Source of the DNA: Pseudomonadota bacterium | GTDB taxonomy: Bacteria; Desulfobacterota; Desulfobulbia; Desulfobulbales; SURF-16 | Assembly (NCBI GenBank): GCA_018822545.1 | Contig: JAHJKA010000089.1 | Coordinates: 921 to 64,920, forward strand | Direction of reading: 5' to 3' | Length of the DNA: 64,000 nucleotides | In this document: in pieces, positions 20,439-30,171 of the stretch | Layout of the letters: each line of letters starts with the position of its first letter | Numbering within the stretch: the first letter of the stretch is position 1 | The notes under the pieces: generated by a model | The model's database searches: none | Told to the model about the DNA's origin: nothing | The model's input: only the letters and a program-made list of their open reading frames with translations | Position numbers and translations under genes: made by a program

Positions 20439-21890
20439 ATGAAGGCTGCCACCATTTTTCCTCTGGCCCTTGGACTGTTCATCATTTTTTCCCTTGCTCC
20501 CGGCCTTGCCTTATCGCCGCACCTGGCTCTGGCCCAGGACACTGATTATCTGGAGGCATCAGACAATTACAGCCGCGAGGAGCTCACCCAGATGCTGGCC
20601 CCCATTGCCCTCTATCCCGATGCCCTTTTATCCCAGATTCTAATGGCATCGACCTATCCCCTTGAGGTGATTGAGGCCGAACGCTGGATCACGAAGAATC
20701 CGGCCCTGAAGGGTAACGCCCTTGATGCCGCGCTTTTGGAGAAGGATTGGAGCCCCAGCGTCAAGGCGATCTGTCATTTCCCGACAATCTTGGCCCTGAT
20801 GAGCGAACGGGTCAACGAGACCACCAACCTCGGCAACGCCTTTCTCGCCCAGGAGGCCGAAGTCCTGGATATGGTCCAGGAACTACGGGCCAAGGCGTAT
20901 GCCCAGGGCAACCTCACCACCACTGCCCAACAGAAGGTCCTTGTCGAAAAGGAGACAATCATCATTGAACCGGCAGACCCCAGGGTTATCTACGTGCCCT
21001 ATTATGATCCCTTATTCGTCTTTGGCCCATGGTGGTATCCGGCCTTCCCCCCCCTTTATTGGGGCCCCCCAGGGATAAGAATCAGCCGCACCATCTCATA
21101 CTGGCCCAGTATCTCTTTTGGTTTTGTCTTCGGGACCTGGAGCTATTTCGATTGGCACCAGCACTCTATTTACATCGACGTTCACCAGCGGCCTCGATTT
21201 GTCAGAACCGAGCATTGGCTGACCAAGCCCGGCCGCTGGCAACACGACCCCAGGCACCGGCGAGGTGTCGCCTTCCGCGATAAGGCCACCGCCAGGAAAT
21301 ATGGCCAGTCCTCCCCCCGCTCCCGGGTTTTTCAGCGCGACACCCGAGGTTTTCCTGAACTGCCACGCCATGATCTCCGCGAAGACGCGCGCCCTAGCCT
21401 TGCCCCGGACAAACGCAAAAACAATCGCCCAGCCATCGACCGCAATCATCAAGAACGGCAACGGGTGGAGCGCGAAAGGATGGCGCAAGAACGGGCTGAC
21501 CGCGACAAACAGGAACGGTTACGGATCGAGCGCGACCTCAAAGAGCGGGCCCGCATCGACAGTGACCGGCAGCAACGAGAAAGGGTTGAACAAGACAGCC
21601 AGATGCGTCAGCGTGCCGAACGCGACCGGAAGGAACGCGCACACTTCGAAAGTCAACAGCAGCAACGACAACGGCTTGAGCTTAGCAAACCCGCTCAAGG
21701 AAGGAGTGCCCCTGGTCAAAGACCAGACAATATCTTCACCGGTGTCGACAACGGTAGGAAGGAACAGGATTCAAGCGAGCGAGGTCGAGTCAGCCGGTAC
21801 GGCCGGGACAGTGACTCACGCGGCAGAGAGCGACGCTCAAACAATGACGACAGGGGCGACCTTGAGGGCTGGGGCCGCAACAAGAAATGA
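20439..21890 (+). CDS. DUF3300 domain secreted protein with charged low-complexity tail
   Basis: Signal peptide, LAPIALYPDALLSQILMASTYP, IIIEPADP and IYVPYYDP; R/E/D/Q-rich C-terminus. Confidence 0.9.
   Translation: MKAATIFPLALGLFIIFSLAPGLALSPHLALAQDTDYLEASDNYSREELTQMLAPIALYPDALLSQILMASTYPLEVIEAERWITKNPALKGNALDAALLEKDWSPSVKAICHFPTILALMSERVNETTNLGNAFLAQEAEVLDMVQELRAKAYAQGNLTTTAQQKVLVEKETIIIEPADPRVIYVPYYDPLFVFGPWWYPAFPPLYWGPPGIRISRTISYWPSISFGFVFGTWSYFDWHQHSIYIDVHQRPRFVRTEHWLTKPGRWQHDPRHRRGVAFRDKATARKYGQSSPRSRVFQRDTRGFPELPRHDLREDARPSLAPDKRKNNRPAIDRNHQERQRVERERMAQERADRDKQERLRIERDLKERARIDSDRQQRERVEQDSQMRQRAERDRKERAHFESQQQQRQRLELSKPAQGRSAPGQRPDNIFTGVDNGRKEQDSSERGRVSRYGRDSDSRGRERRSNNDDRGDLEGWGRNKK
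21438..21677 (+). repeat. Eight degenerate 30-nt (10-aa) tandem repeats within the DUF3300 gene
   Basis: DRNHQERQRV/ERERMAQERA/DRDKQERLRI/ERDLKERARI/DSDRQQRERV/EQDSQMRQRA/ERDRKERAHF/ESQQQQRQRL. Confidence 0.75.
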
Positions 21891-22912
21891 ATCAAGAACC
21901 TAAGCCTTGGATTTTATTCATACCGAGAGGGATGCAGATGATCGGACAAAAATCATATACAAACAGGATAATGCTGTTGTTCCCCAGCACCATGGCAATG
22001 CTCAGTGCCCTGGTCGTGCTGGCCCTCTCCTCCGCTCTGGCCGGGGCGGGCGACGGCCAGAAAAGTTTCTCCTCCCCGCAGCAGGCCGTGGCCGCCCTGG
22101 TCGCTGCGGTGCAAGACAAGGATGATGCCAAGCTCTTGGCCCTCTTCGGCCCCGGCTCCGAGGATCTCATCTCTTCCGGCGACAAGGTCGCAGACCTCAA
22201 CAGCCGAGCACGTTTTCTCAAGGCCTATGGGGACAAGAACAGTCTCGAACAAAAAGACGAAGGCCACGCCCTGCTTTTCGTGGGCAGCAAGGAGTATCCT
22301 TTCCCGTTTCCCATTGCCCGCCACGGCACAGCCTGGCTCTTCGACACCCAGGCAGGCACAGAGGAAATCCTCAACCGCCGGATCGGCAGAAACGAGCTGC
22401 ATACCATCGAAGTGATGCACGCCTATACCGAGGCCCAGCGTGAATATGCCTGTCTGAAACGCAACGGCGGCGGCCAGGAATTCGCCCAGAAGTTTGCCAG
22501 CAGCGCGGGCAAAAAAGATGGCCTCTATTGGCAAGCCGAGGAGGGCGAAAAGGAAAGTCCTTTCGGGCCGCTGATCGCCAGGGCGACCGTTGAAGGCTAT
22601 GCCAGCGGCCTAGATGAGGCCACAGCCGAACCCTTCCATGGCTATTATTTCAAGATCCTCACAGCCCAAGGCGAGCATGCCAAGGGCGGCGCCTTTGACT
22701 ATGTGACCCATGGTAAAATGGTCCTTGGCTTTGCCCTGCTTGCCTATCCCGCCAAATATGGGGTCTCGGGCATCATGACCTTCATGGTCAACCAGGAAGG
22801 CGTGATCTATGAAAAAGATCTGGGCGCGGATACGACCACCGTAGCGCCGGCACTGGCAACCTTTGACCCCGACAACACCTGGCACAGGGACGAAGAACCA
22901 GCAGAGCAGTAA
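21887..22912 (+). CDS. DUF2950 family protein
   Basis: PFPFPI, EEILNRRIGRNEL, KDGLYW, PFHGYYFKIL and GIMTFMVN; usual partner of DUF3300. The true start may be a later ATG. Confidence 0.9.
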   Translation: MNQEPKPWILFIPRGMQMIGQKSYTNRIMLLFPSTMAMLSALVVLALSSALAGAGDGQKSFSSPQQAVAALVAAVQDKDDAKLLALFGPGSEDLISSGDKVADLNSRARFLKAYGDKNSLEQKDEGHALLFVGSKEYPFPFPIARHGTAWLFDTQAGTEEILNRRIGRNELHTIEVMHAYTEAQREYACLKRNGGGQEFAQKFASSAGKKDGLYWQAEEGEKESPFGPLIARATVEGYASGLDEATAEPFHGYYFKILTAQGEHAKGGAFDYVTHGKMVLGFALLAYPAKYGVSGIMTFMVNQEGVIYEKDLGADTTTVAPALATFDPDNTWHRDEEPAEQ

Positions 22913-22989
22913 GGGCTGTCACTGCTTTCAGTGCGTAAAAATGGAGAAATTTCACAAAGGCCCCGAATAAACAAAGTCAACCGGTGTGG

Positions 22990-24567
22990 TCAATACCCCA
23001 TTTTGCCGGTATCAGGCAAAGCCTGGGCCGGATTGCGGCTCTCCCCGGCACTGGTGACGATGACTGCCGATACTCCCGACAAGGGGCACTTGGTTTCGCA
23101 GATGCCGCAGCCCACGCATAATTCATCCACCAGATAGGGCTGCTTGACCGTCACCTGCTCTCCCCGGCTGTTTTCCACCACTGCCTCCCGGAACTTGATG
23201 GCCTTATCAGGGGTGGGGCAATGCTCCTCACACACCATGCAGGGAATACCCTTGGCATAGGGCAGGCAACGATTTTTATCAAACATGGCATTGCCGATCT
23301 TTTCCTTCTGCTTGTCAGGGGCAGATAATTTCCTGATCGCGCCCGTGGGACAGACCTGGCCACAGAGGGTGCAGTTGTATTCACAATAGCCGGTCCGGGC
23401 TTTAAGAATCGGGGAGAACATCCCCTCCAGGCCGCCTTGCAGAAAGGCAGGCTGCAAACCGTTGCCGATGCACACCTTCATGCACTCGCCGCAGCGTACA
23501 CAGCGCCCGACAAAGTCCTCTTCCGGCAGGGCCCCAGGTGGACGAATCAGCAGAGGGTCGGCGTGCAGGGCCAGGGTTCTGCTTTTCAAGAAAAACGGCA
23601 GCACCGCGCCCAGGGCCAGAGCCCCGGTAAACGTCCGCCTGGAAAGATTGAAAGAGGGCTTCTGCGCAGACAATCCTTTAAACTGAAAGGATATCTTACT
23701 TCCCGGGCAATGATGGACACAATCCAGACAGAGGTTGCAGTCAAGGGGTGATATGGTGCGCGCAGCATCAATGGCCCCCATCCGGCAGACATCCTGACAG
23801 GTGCGGCAGGTTCCGCATTTGGCCCCGGCCTTGCCGCGCAACAGGGCATAACGGGCCGTCACCGCAAACAAGGCACCCAGGGGGCAGATATTACGACAGA
23901 AGAAGCGGCGTTCCAGCCTTTCCAGCAAGAAGACCACAAGGAGAATGGCCAAAGACAAGAGGGCCAGCTCATAATATTTTTGAGTAAAGGGCAGGATAGT
24001 GGCCTTTAAAAAGGTGTAGAGAGGTTCAGTGAGACCATTCAGCCAGGCCGGCGCTTGTTGATAGGTATAGGTAAAAAAGGTGGTGGACAGGGCATTGAGG
24101 GCCGGATCCACGGCCAAAGACAAGCCACGAACCAGGATGGAGAAGGGGTCGACAAAGCCAGCGAGCGGCAGGCCTAACCAGGCCCCGACCAGGAGAAATC
24201 CTAAGATATAAAACTTCACGGCCCGGTATTTCTTCTCCCCGCCCTGCCCTTTGGCAGGAATAATGGTCTGACAGCCATCAAGCAGGGTGCCCATGGGGCA
24301 GACCCAGCCGCAGAAAAATCGGCCGAAGAGAAGTGTGAGCAGCAGGGTAAAAACAGCCGGCAGCATCAACATAATAAAGAAGCCAGCCGCCACCGAGGCA
24401 CAGAGCGCCAACAGCGGATCGATCCTAAAAAGGATGTTCACCGCATACTTGATCTCATCGCTCCCCGCATAATCGGTGTGGATGAAGAGAAAGAAAAAGA
24501 GAGCCAGAAAGGCAAGCTGGCTTAGGCGCCGCCAATAGTATAAGGGCATTGATTTTGGGTTCTTCAT
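22990..24567 (-). CDS. Membrane polyferredoxin (NapH/MauN-like fused to NapG/MauM-like 4Fe-4S domain)
   Basis: GRFFCGWVCPMG, RFFCRNICPLG, IRPPGAL and multiple CxxCxxCxxxC motifs. Confidence 0.9.
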   Translation of the reverse strand: MKNPKSMPLYYWRRLSQLAFLALFFFLFIHTDYAGSDEIKYAVNILFRIDPLLALCASVAAGFFIMLMLPAVFTLLLTLLFGRFFCGWVCPMGTLLDGCQTIIPAKGQGGEKKYRAVKFYILGFLLVGAWLGLPLAGFVDPFSILVRGLSLAVDPALNALSTTFFTYTYQQAPAWLNGLTEPLYTFLKATILPFTQKYYELALLSLAILLVVFLLERLERRFFCRNICPLGALFAVTARYALLRGKAGAKCGTCRTCQDVCRMGAIDAARTISPLDCNLCLDCVHHCPGSKISFQFKGLSAQKPSFNLSRRTFTGALALGAVLPFFLKSRTLALHADPLLIRPPGALPEEDFVGRCVRCGECMKVCIGNGLQPAFLQGGLEGMFSPILKARTGYCEYNCTLCGQVCPTGAIRKLSAPDKQKEKIGNAMFDKNRCLPYAKGIPCMVCEEHCPTPDKAIKFREAVVENSRGEQVTVKQPYLVDELCVGCGICETKCPLSGVSAVIVTSAGESRNPAQALPDTGKMGY

Positions 24568-24637
24568 TGTAGTTGGCGATCTATTTAAGCACTTTTGTCA
24601 TGAGAAGTTTTAAGCCCAGATCGAAGTCTGCGCTTAT

Positions 24638-24681
24638 CTCCCGCCTGCGCGGGAGTGACGACCGGGATGCAGGAGTGACGA
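24638..24681. repeat. REP-like palindrome with a degenerate second half-copy
   Basis: CTCCCGC-CTGC-GCGGGAG-TGACG, then GC-AGGAGTGACG; related to the hairpin at 58731-58764. Confidence 0.6.
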
Positions 24682-24710
24682 ACGTAAGTTCAAGGTAATC
24701 TCCCTGCCGA

Positions 24711-25622
24711 TCAAGCCTTAATGATCTTCATCTTCGCCAGATCCATCTCCCCCAGGCCAAGGGCATGGGCGGCAACGGTGGAGTCGATCTCCTTGGGCTG
24801 CAAACCAAACAGGGTGGTGGTGTAGGCATCGGCGGCCACCGGGTCAGCCGAGGCAACCAGGGTGTCCAGCACCCTGACATCTTTGAGATTCCCGCCTTGG
24901 GGGCCATTGGCGAGGAGGATGCGGGTGGCATCAATGACGGTGAGTTTCGGTTGCACCACCGTGGCAAGATCAGCCAGTTTCTGACCCAGGTTATGGTGCA
25001 GCGCACCGCGGCGCCCCCCCAGAACCCCCATACTGTTCTTAAGGCCCATGGTCAGACGGCTGAGACCGTGGTGCTTGGCCACCGGCACGTTGATATAACT
25101 GTCCGCCTCCAGGGCATCGCGATAGATATCCAGCCGGTTAACCGCTTTGCCCCGGACAATATCCACCGGCACATATTTGCGCTCATCCGGGTGGAAAACC
25201 TTCAGGCGCTTGTCCTTGATCCCGGCCAGGGCCTCCTCAATACCGCTGTTGACATAGCAGCGCCGCTCTTCGTTACAGGTCCGGTCAAAGACCAGGACCT
25301 GAGCAGCCCCGGCATCAAGGGCATGTTGCACCAAGGCCAGAACCACCTGGGGATGGGTATTGGCCGCCTGATCAGGTTTGCGGTCCCAGCCGATATTGGG
25401 TTTGATCACCACCTTGTCACTGGGCCGGACGAACTTGCCCATACCCCCCAAGGGTGCCAGGACCCGGTCAACCAGCGCCAGATAATCCTTGCCTGTAGCA
25501 TGGACAAGTAAGGAGTCCTGGCTCTCAGCAGCCAGCGCCTCGCAAATCCGAAAATGGGGAATACTTAAACTCAAACCCGCCGACCACAGGGCCACCTGCC
25601 TGAGAAATTCGCGCCTTTCCAT
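24711..25622 (-). CDS. DUF362 domain protein with Tat signal
   Basis: MERREFL twin-arginine motif, VVIKPNIGW, INVPVAKHH, GLKNSMG and DPVAADA. Confidence 0.9.
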   Translation of the reverse strand: MERREFLRQVALWSAGLSLSIPHFRICEALAAESQDSLLVHATGKDYLALVDRVLAPLGGMGKFVRPSDKVVIKPNIGWDRKPDQAANTHPQVVLALVQHALDAGAAQVLVFDRTCNEERRCYVNSGIEEALAGIKDKRLKVFHPDERKYVPVDIVRGKAVNRLDIYRDALEADSYINVPVAKHHGLSRLTMGLKNSMGVLGGRRGALHHNLGQKLADLATVVQPKLTVIDATRILLANGPQGGNLKDVRVLDTLVASADPVAADAYTTTLFGLQPKEIDSTVAAHALGLGEMDLAKMKIIKA

Positions 25623-25943
25623 ATCAACACCTCGCCCATTGTTGTTCGTCTCGGCAACACTCCATTCGCATAATTATGGTTCAGGGCAATGACGTTGTCA
25701 AAGTAAACCAACGTCTTCATGACGAGGGCGAAAAATGTCTTGAAGATCAGCAAGAAAGGCAAATGCTGGCCGGGATTGGGGGATGACAAGATATACCATA
25801 GGCCCAGGGCAAAAGAGATCTGCCGATTGTCTGCTTTGTTGTACGAAATGACGGCAGACCAGGTGGCAGAGGTCTGGCGCCAGCCCCAAGGATAAAGAAC
25901 AAACTTCCGAGCTCAGGTTGCGCTCCCCCTCTTCCGGACATGA

Positions 25944-25988
25944 AGAATCAAACAACCCTCACCGGCGCAACAAGGGTTGTTTGATTCT
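25944..25988. terminator. 16-bp inverted repeat, probable terminator of the truncated gene upstream on the minus strand
   Basis: AGAATCAAACAACCCT-N13-AGGGTTGTTTGATTCT. Confidence 0.6.
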
Positions 25989-26029
25989 CTGCTTGCCACA
26001 AGATAGCCTGTTGCAGGTTTTGGTGTAAT

Positions 26030-26224
26030 TTAATAGCGGTCAACAAGTTCCACCCGTTCACCGGTATCAAGGTTTATTTCCAAGACCATGCCGATCCCTG
26101 GCGCATAATACTTGTATTCCACCACCTCGGGATCAAGGGGGGTCCACTCGCTGGTCTGCACGGTATTGGGGTAGGTACCAAAGGGGACAGGAACCGAATT
26201 GCAATCACTGACAGATAAAGCCAT
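26030..26224 (-). pseudogene. 3' remnant of a conserved hypothetical gene
   Basis: VPVPFGTY...QTSEWTPLDPEVVEYKYYAPGIGMVLE resembles the C-terminus of longer secreted proteins; the upstream frame does not look protein-like. Confidence 0.55.
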
Positions 26225-26379
26225 TATTTTATGGAAGAGTTCCCCCGAAACAGGGAAGATATTTTCCGAGAATGCGAAAAAAACGTACGAAAGAATTTGC
26301 AGGAAACCGCCGAGGTAAAACGTCAACCACCGAAAAGCAGGGTGAGCATCCAGGTGCATGCCGGCCGACAGCGAAACAC

Positions 26380-26409
26380 TTGACAGCGGCACGTGCCTGC
26401 CCCTACCAT
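26380..26409 (+). promoter_or_regulatory. Sigma-70-type promoter for the PEPCK-like gene
   Basis: TTGACA-N18-TACCAT. Confidence 0.5.
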
Positions 26410-26482
26410 ACGGGCAAGAATGAGTCTTTGCTGATCCTGTATCCCTTCTGTCCTCAGCCACCTGCTTAAGGAGATAAACGCC

Positions 26483-28156
26483 ATGGCAACTGTGCAACAG
26501 ATTCCTCTTTCCCCCTGGCGGGCCATCATCGAGACCGGGCTGCATGCTAATTCGGTGCACAAGACCTCCATGACTGAATTATACAATCTCGCGCGCAGGC
26601 AGCCCGAGGTCGTGGCCACGTCCCACCCCATGTATAACCCCGGCAGGTTTGGCCTGCCCGAAGATGCGGTGGTGCTGGTGTCCAACGACGGTTCGGTGGT
26701 GGGCCGCACGGCCCGCGCCCGTCTGCTGGTGCGCACCTTTGCCAAAAACCAGAGCGACACCATTCAGGCCCTGCTGCGGGAGGCGGTTTATCAGTTCAAT
26801 AAACGGCCCGCCCTCCATCTGGAAGGGGTGATCGGCCTCCATGCTGATTTCATGATCAAGGCCCATCTGTTAAGCCCGGTGACCGATGCCAAGAACATGC
26901 TTGACTGGGGTATCAATTTCTGCCCCTTCATCACGCCCTGGAGTGACATGTATGACCAGTCCCGGGTCATCAGAGAGCCTGACATCATCGCCTTTGCCGA
27001 CCCTGACTGGCGCCATCCCGATTATCCCCATGGCTGTGTGATCATTGATGAGATGAGCAACTGTATCGCCATTCTCGGCCTGCGCTATTTCGGAGAACGG
27101 AAAAAGGGAACCCTGACCCTGGCCTGGACCATCGGGGTGCGCCATAATATGGTGGCCTGTCACGGTGGCATCAAGAAGATCGGCGATTTGCCGCCGGTGG
27201 CGGTCTTTGGCCTTTCCGGTTCCGGCAAATCCTCCATCACCAACAGCCTTGACCATGAAGGCTTGCTGCGTGCCGAGGAAAAGGTCACCGTGATTCACGA
27301 TGATGCCTTTCTCATCGACCTGGAGCGGGATTTTTCCGTGGCCCTGGAGCCCTCCCTGTTTGACAAGACCGATGCGGTCATCTTTGATGACCCACAACTG
27401 GAATATTTCTACTCGGCCCAGAATGTCGGGGTGATGGCCATGCCGGATGGCTCGAAACGGATAGTAGCCCAGGATGTGCGCAACAGCAACGGTCGCTGTC
27501 TGAAGAGCCGGGACATGTTCCGCCATGCCGGCCATTGCCAACGGCCAGGCACCTTGATCTGGTTGCAGAAGGACACCAGCCTGCCGCCCATCTCCAAGGT
27601 CATGAGCAGTTCCCTGGCCGTGGCCATGGGCGCTTCCCTCTCCACCATGCGGGCCAAGGGCGTGGAAAACGTCGATGCCAGGGAGTTGCAAAAATTAGTC
27701 ATCGAGCCCTTTGCCAACCCCTTTCGGGTCCATTCCCTGCTGGAGGATTGCGAACAGTTTCGCCAACTTTTCAAGATGGGCTGCGAATGTTACATCATGA
27801 ACACCCATGCCTTCGGGATGGGCGACGATCTGGAAAATATCCCCAAGGAGCTATCGCTGGCCATTGTCACCGCCCTGGTGCGCGGCCAGATTCAGTGGCG
27901 GGAGTGGCGCACCTTTAAGGGACTCCTGGTGCCGAAAAACGGCCCCGACTGTTTTGGTGCGGATTTTGATCGCAGATTTAAGCCGTCCCGGAACCCAACC
28001 TATCTGCGTTTTCAGCGTGATCGCATGCAGGACCGTATCACCTTCCTTTCCCGCAAACGGGACGAGGAACAGGACATGGCCAATACCTTTATCGCCCCCC
28101 TGGTTTCGGCCCGCTTGACCATTGACCGGATTCTTGAGCCGGACCTGTACCGCTGA
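26483..28156 (+). CDS. Phosphoenolpyruvate carboxykinase (ATP)-like protein
   Basis: YFGERKKG, ACHGG, P-loop FGLSGSGKS, IHDD, RNSNGR and EPFANPF; RBS AAGGAG. Confidence 0.8.
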   Translation: MATVQQIPLSPWRAIIETGLHANSVHKTSMTELYNLARRQPEVVATSHPMYNPGRFGLPEDAVVLVSNDGSVVGRTARARLLVRTFAKNQSDTIQALLREAVYQFNKRPALHLEGVIGLHADFMIKAHLLSPVTDAKNMLDWGINFCPFITPWSDMYDQSRVIREPDIIAFADPDWRHPDYPHGCVIIDEMSNCIAILGLRYFGERKKGTLTLAWTIGVRHNMVACHGGIKKIGDLPPVAVFGLSGSGKSSITNSLDHEGLLRAEEKVTVIHDDAFLIDLERDFSVALEPSLFDKTDAVIFDDPQLEYFYSAQNVGVMAMPDGSKRIVAQDVRNSNGRCLKSRDMFRHAGHCQRPGTLIWLQKDTSLPPISKVMSSSLAVAMGASLSTMRAKGVENVDARELQKLVIEPFANPFRVHSLLEDCEQFRQLFKMGCECYIMNTHAFGMGDDLENIPKELSLAIVTALVRGQIQWREWRTFKGLLVPKNGPDCFGADFDRRFKPSRNPTYLRFQRDRMQDRITFLSRKRDEEQDMANTFIAPLVSARLTIDRILEPDLYR

Positions 28157-28168
28157 TTGCTGCCGTGT

Positions 28169-29587
28169 TCACAGCAGATCTTGCCCCCCCTTTTCCTTCA
28201 TGCCTGGGCCAGGCTGGTCATCATGGCGCTCGCCAAAGCCAAGGGAGAGCCAGACCAGGCGGCCCATCCAACGCACTGGCTGCAGAGGCCTGACCAAGAC
28301 ATCCAGATAGGGCAGATCGGGAAGGACACCTTCTTCAGGGAGATTCTTCAGCAAAAAGGAAACTAAAATCGCCAGAAGAATTGAAATTGCAAAACAGAGG
28401 CGAAAACCAAGGATGCCGAAATGATCAATGAGCTGGCCGGCCAAGATCGGCGGCAGGCCGTTGGCCAGGGAGACGCCGATGATCCACAGAGACGTGTAGC
28501 CGATGCGGCCCTCCTCCTTCACCTGACCGAGCATGATCCGGGCCGCCACCGTGGACAGGCTGATGCTGAAGACCATACTGCCCACCAGGGCCAGGACGGC
28601 AAGGGCGAAGCCAAACCGGCTGCCAGGCACGAGGAAAAACCAACACAGAGTTGATAGCGCATGCAGGAGCAGCATGCGGGCCATGACCCGGTTGCCGCCT
28701 TTTTTCTCGGCCCGATTGGACCAGGAACGGACGGTGAAGGCTACGGCCAGGGCGCCGATGGCGGTGATGAACATGATCGTGCCGTTGGTAAAGAGCATGA
28801 TATCACGCAGATACATGATGGCGGCACTGCCCACCCACATCAGGGAAGAGAAGGCCACCGCGATGACGATGATGAAATGGCGGTACGGTTTATCGGCCCA
28901 GGCTGTATAAAAGGCCTCATAGCGTCGTTCCTCCCCTGCCAATTTTGGGCTCTTGCGACCACCAGGCATGAAAAAAAGCATGCCAACACTGACCAGACCG
29001 ATCACCACCCCGCCCCCATAGACATAGAAAAACGAAGCGATGCCGCTGACATGCGCCAAGACCTGGGAAATCGCCACGGCCAGGACAATATTGGCAATCT
29101 GGACCAGGATGGTCTCGGAGTTGAAATAATCGGCGATATTGTCCCGGGGCACAATCTCATGGAGCCAGGGATACCAGGCCCCGACCCCAAAGGCCCGCAC
29201 CAGGGAAAAACCGAGCACAGCAAAGAGCAGCATCAGCCAGCCGGCGCGCTGACCATAATGGCCGCTGACCAGCGGGATAAAAAAGACACTGGAGATGAGC
29301 ACGGTGCGCAGCAGCCAGCTGGTGATCAATAATTTTCTTGGCCCCAAATATTCCACGGCCGGGATACTCATCACCACCAGGAGCATGGACACCGGAATAA
29401 AGGAGATGAGCAGACCGACCAGATCAGCCGGCATGCCTAAGGAGCGGGCAAAGAGGACCAACACCTGGCCGACGATACATTGCCAGGAGGCCAGGTTGAC
29501 GATGGAAAAAAACAAAAAAGCGCGGGGCGCAGGCGTCAACCGTGTGAAAGATTTATAAAAGGAAAAACTCATGGTTGCCCTCAACAA
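28169..29587 (-). CDS. MFS transporter
   Basis: About 12 hydrophobic segments in two halves; WYPWLHEIVP. The start may be ATG 29572. Confidence 0.8.
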   Translation of the reverse strand: MLRATMSFSFYKSFTRLTPAPRAFLFFSIVNLASWQCIVGQVLVLFARSLGMPADLVGLLISFIPVSMLLVVMSIPAVEYLGPRKLLITSWLLRTVLISSVFFIPLVSGHYGQRAGWLMLLFAVLGFSLVRAFGVGAWYPWLHEIVPRDNIADYFNSETILVQIANIVLAVAISQVLAHVSGIASFFYVYGGGVVIGLVSVGMLFFMPGGRKSPKLAGEERRYEAFYTAWADKPYRHFIIVIAVAFSSLMWVGSAAIMYLRDIMLFTNGTIMFITAIGALAVAFTVRSWSNRAEKKGGNRVMARMLLLHALSTLCWFFLVPGSRFGFALAVLALVGSMVFSISLSTVAARIMLGQVKEEGRIGYTSLWIIGVSLANGLPPILAGQLIDHFGILGFRLCFAISILLAILVSFLLKNLPEEGVLPDLPYLDVLVRPLQPVRWMGRLVWLSLGFGERHDDQPGPGMKEKGGQDLL

Positions 29588-29645
29588 GTACAGCGTAAAT
29601 CAGCAGAGAAACACAAAAAACTCCTCCAGCAGGCCCTTCTGTCAT

Positions 29646-29673
29646 AGCATTTCTTCATCTTGCAAGAAATGCT
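29646..29673. promoter_or_regulatory. Inverted repeat, possible operator upstream of the MFS gene
   Basis: AGCATTTCTT-N8-AAGAAATGCT. Confidence 0.4.
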
Positions 29674-30155
29674 GGAAGCACTATCGGTCAACCTGCATTC
29701 TCAAATAATACATCACCCCCAGCAGCAAGTGCACCATTATCTGTTTATAGGATTAAACCAAAAAACAGAATAATTAAGAGAGTGCTGGAGATCAAGCGCT
29801 TCGAGCCGCGTGGTTCAGAGATCGCAAGGGTCTGCTTGCCGGAGATGACACCTTGTGTTGGTCATTTATTATATACCGTCTCATTCCCCAACTCCCTCCC
29901 TGCGCAAAGAGATTCGGATCTATACAAACTTCTTCTGATTCGTGTTCAATCTCACTCAACAGCTTCTACCCAGCTGTTCAACAGGTTCTACCTGCCATCA
30001 AAAAGCCCCTTCTCTTTCCTGTTAGTCACCGTGACTATTGACAACAGTAATCTTCTCTATTTCTACTTTAACGTTTCAAAAACAAAGGTTTTTATTTTCC
30101 AGACAGAACATCCACAAACAATTTCTCCCCTAAAACAAGAGGTTACCGCTCGACA

Positions 30156-30171
30156 TGGCACACTTGTCGCA
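30156..30171 (+). promoter_or_regulatory. Sigma-54 (-24/-12) promoter
   Basis: TGGCACACTTGTCGCA = TGGCAC-N5-TCGCA, preceded by a long AT-rich intergenic region. Confidence 0.65.

Noticed and set aside
21438-21677. Periodic repeats considered as a CRISPR array
   Set aside because: They are degenerate, in-frame coding repeats without spacers, and no cas genes are present.
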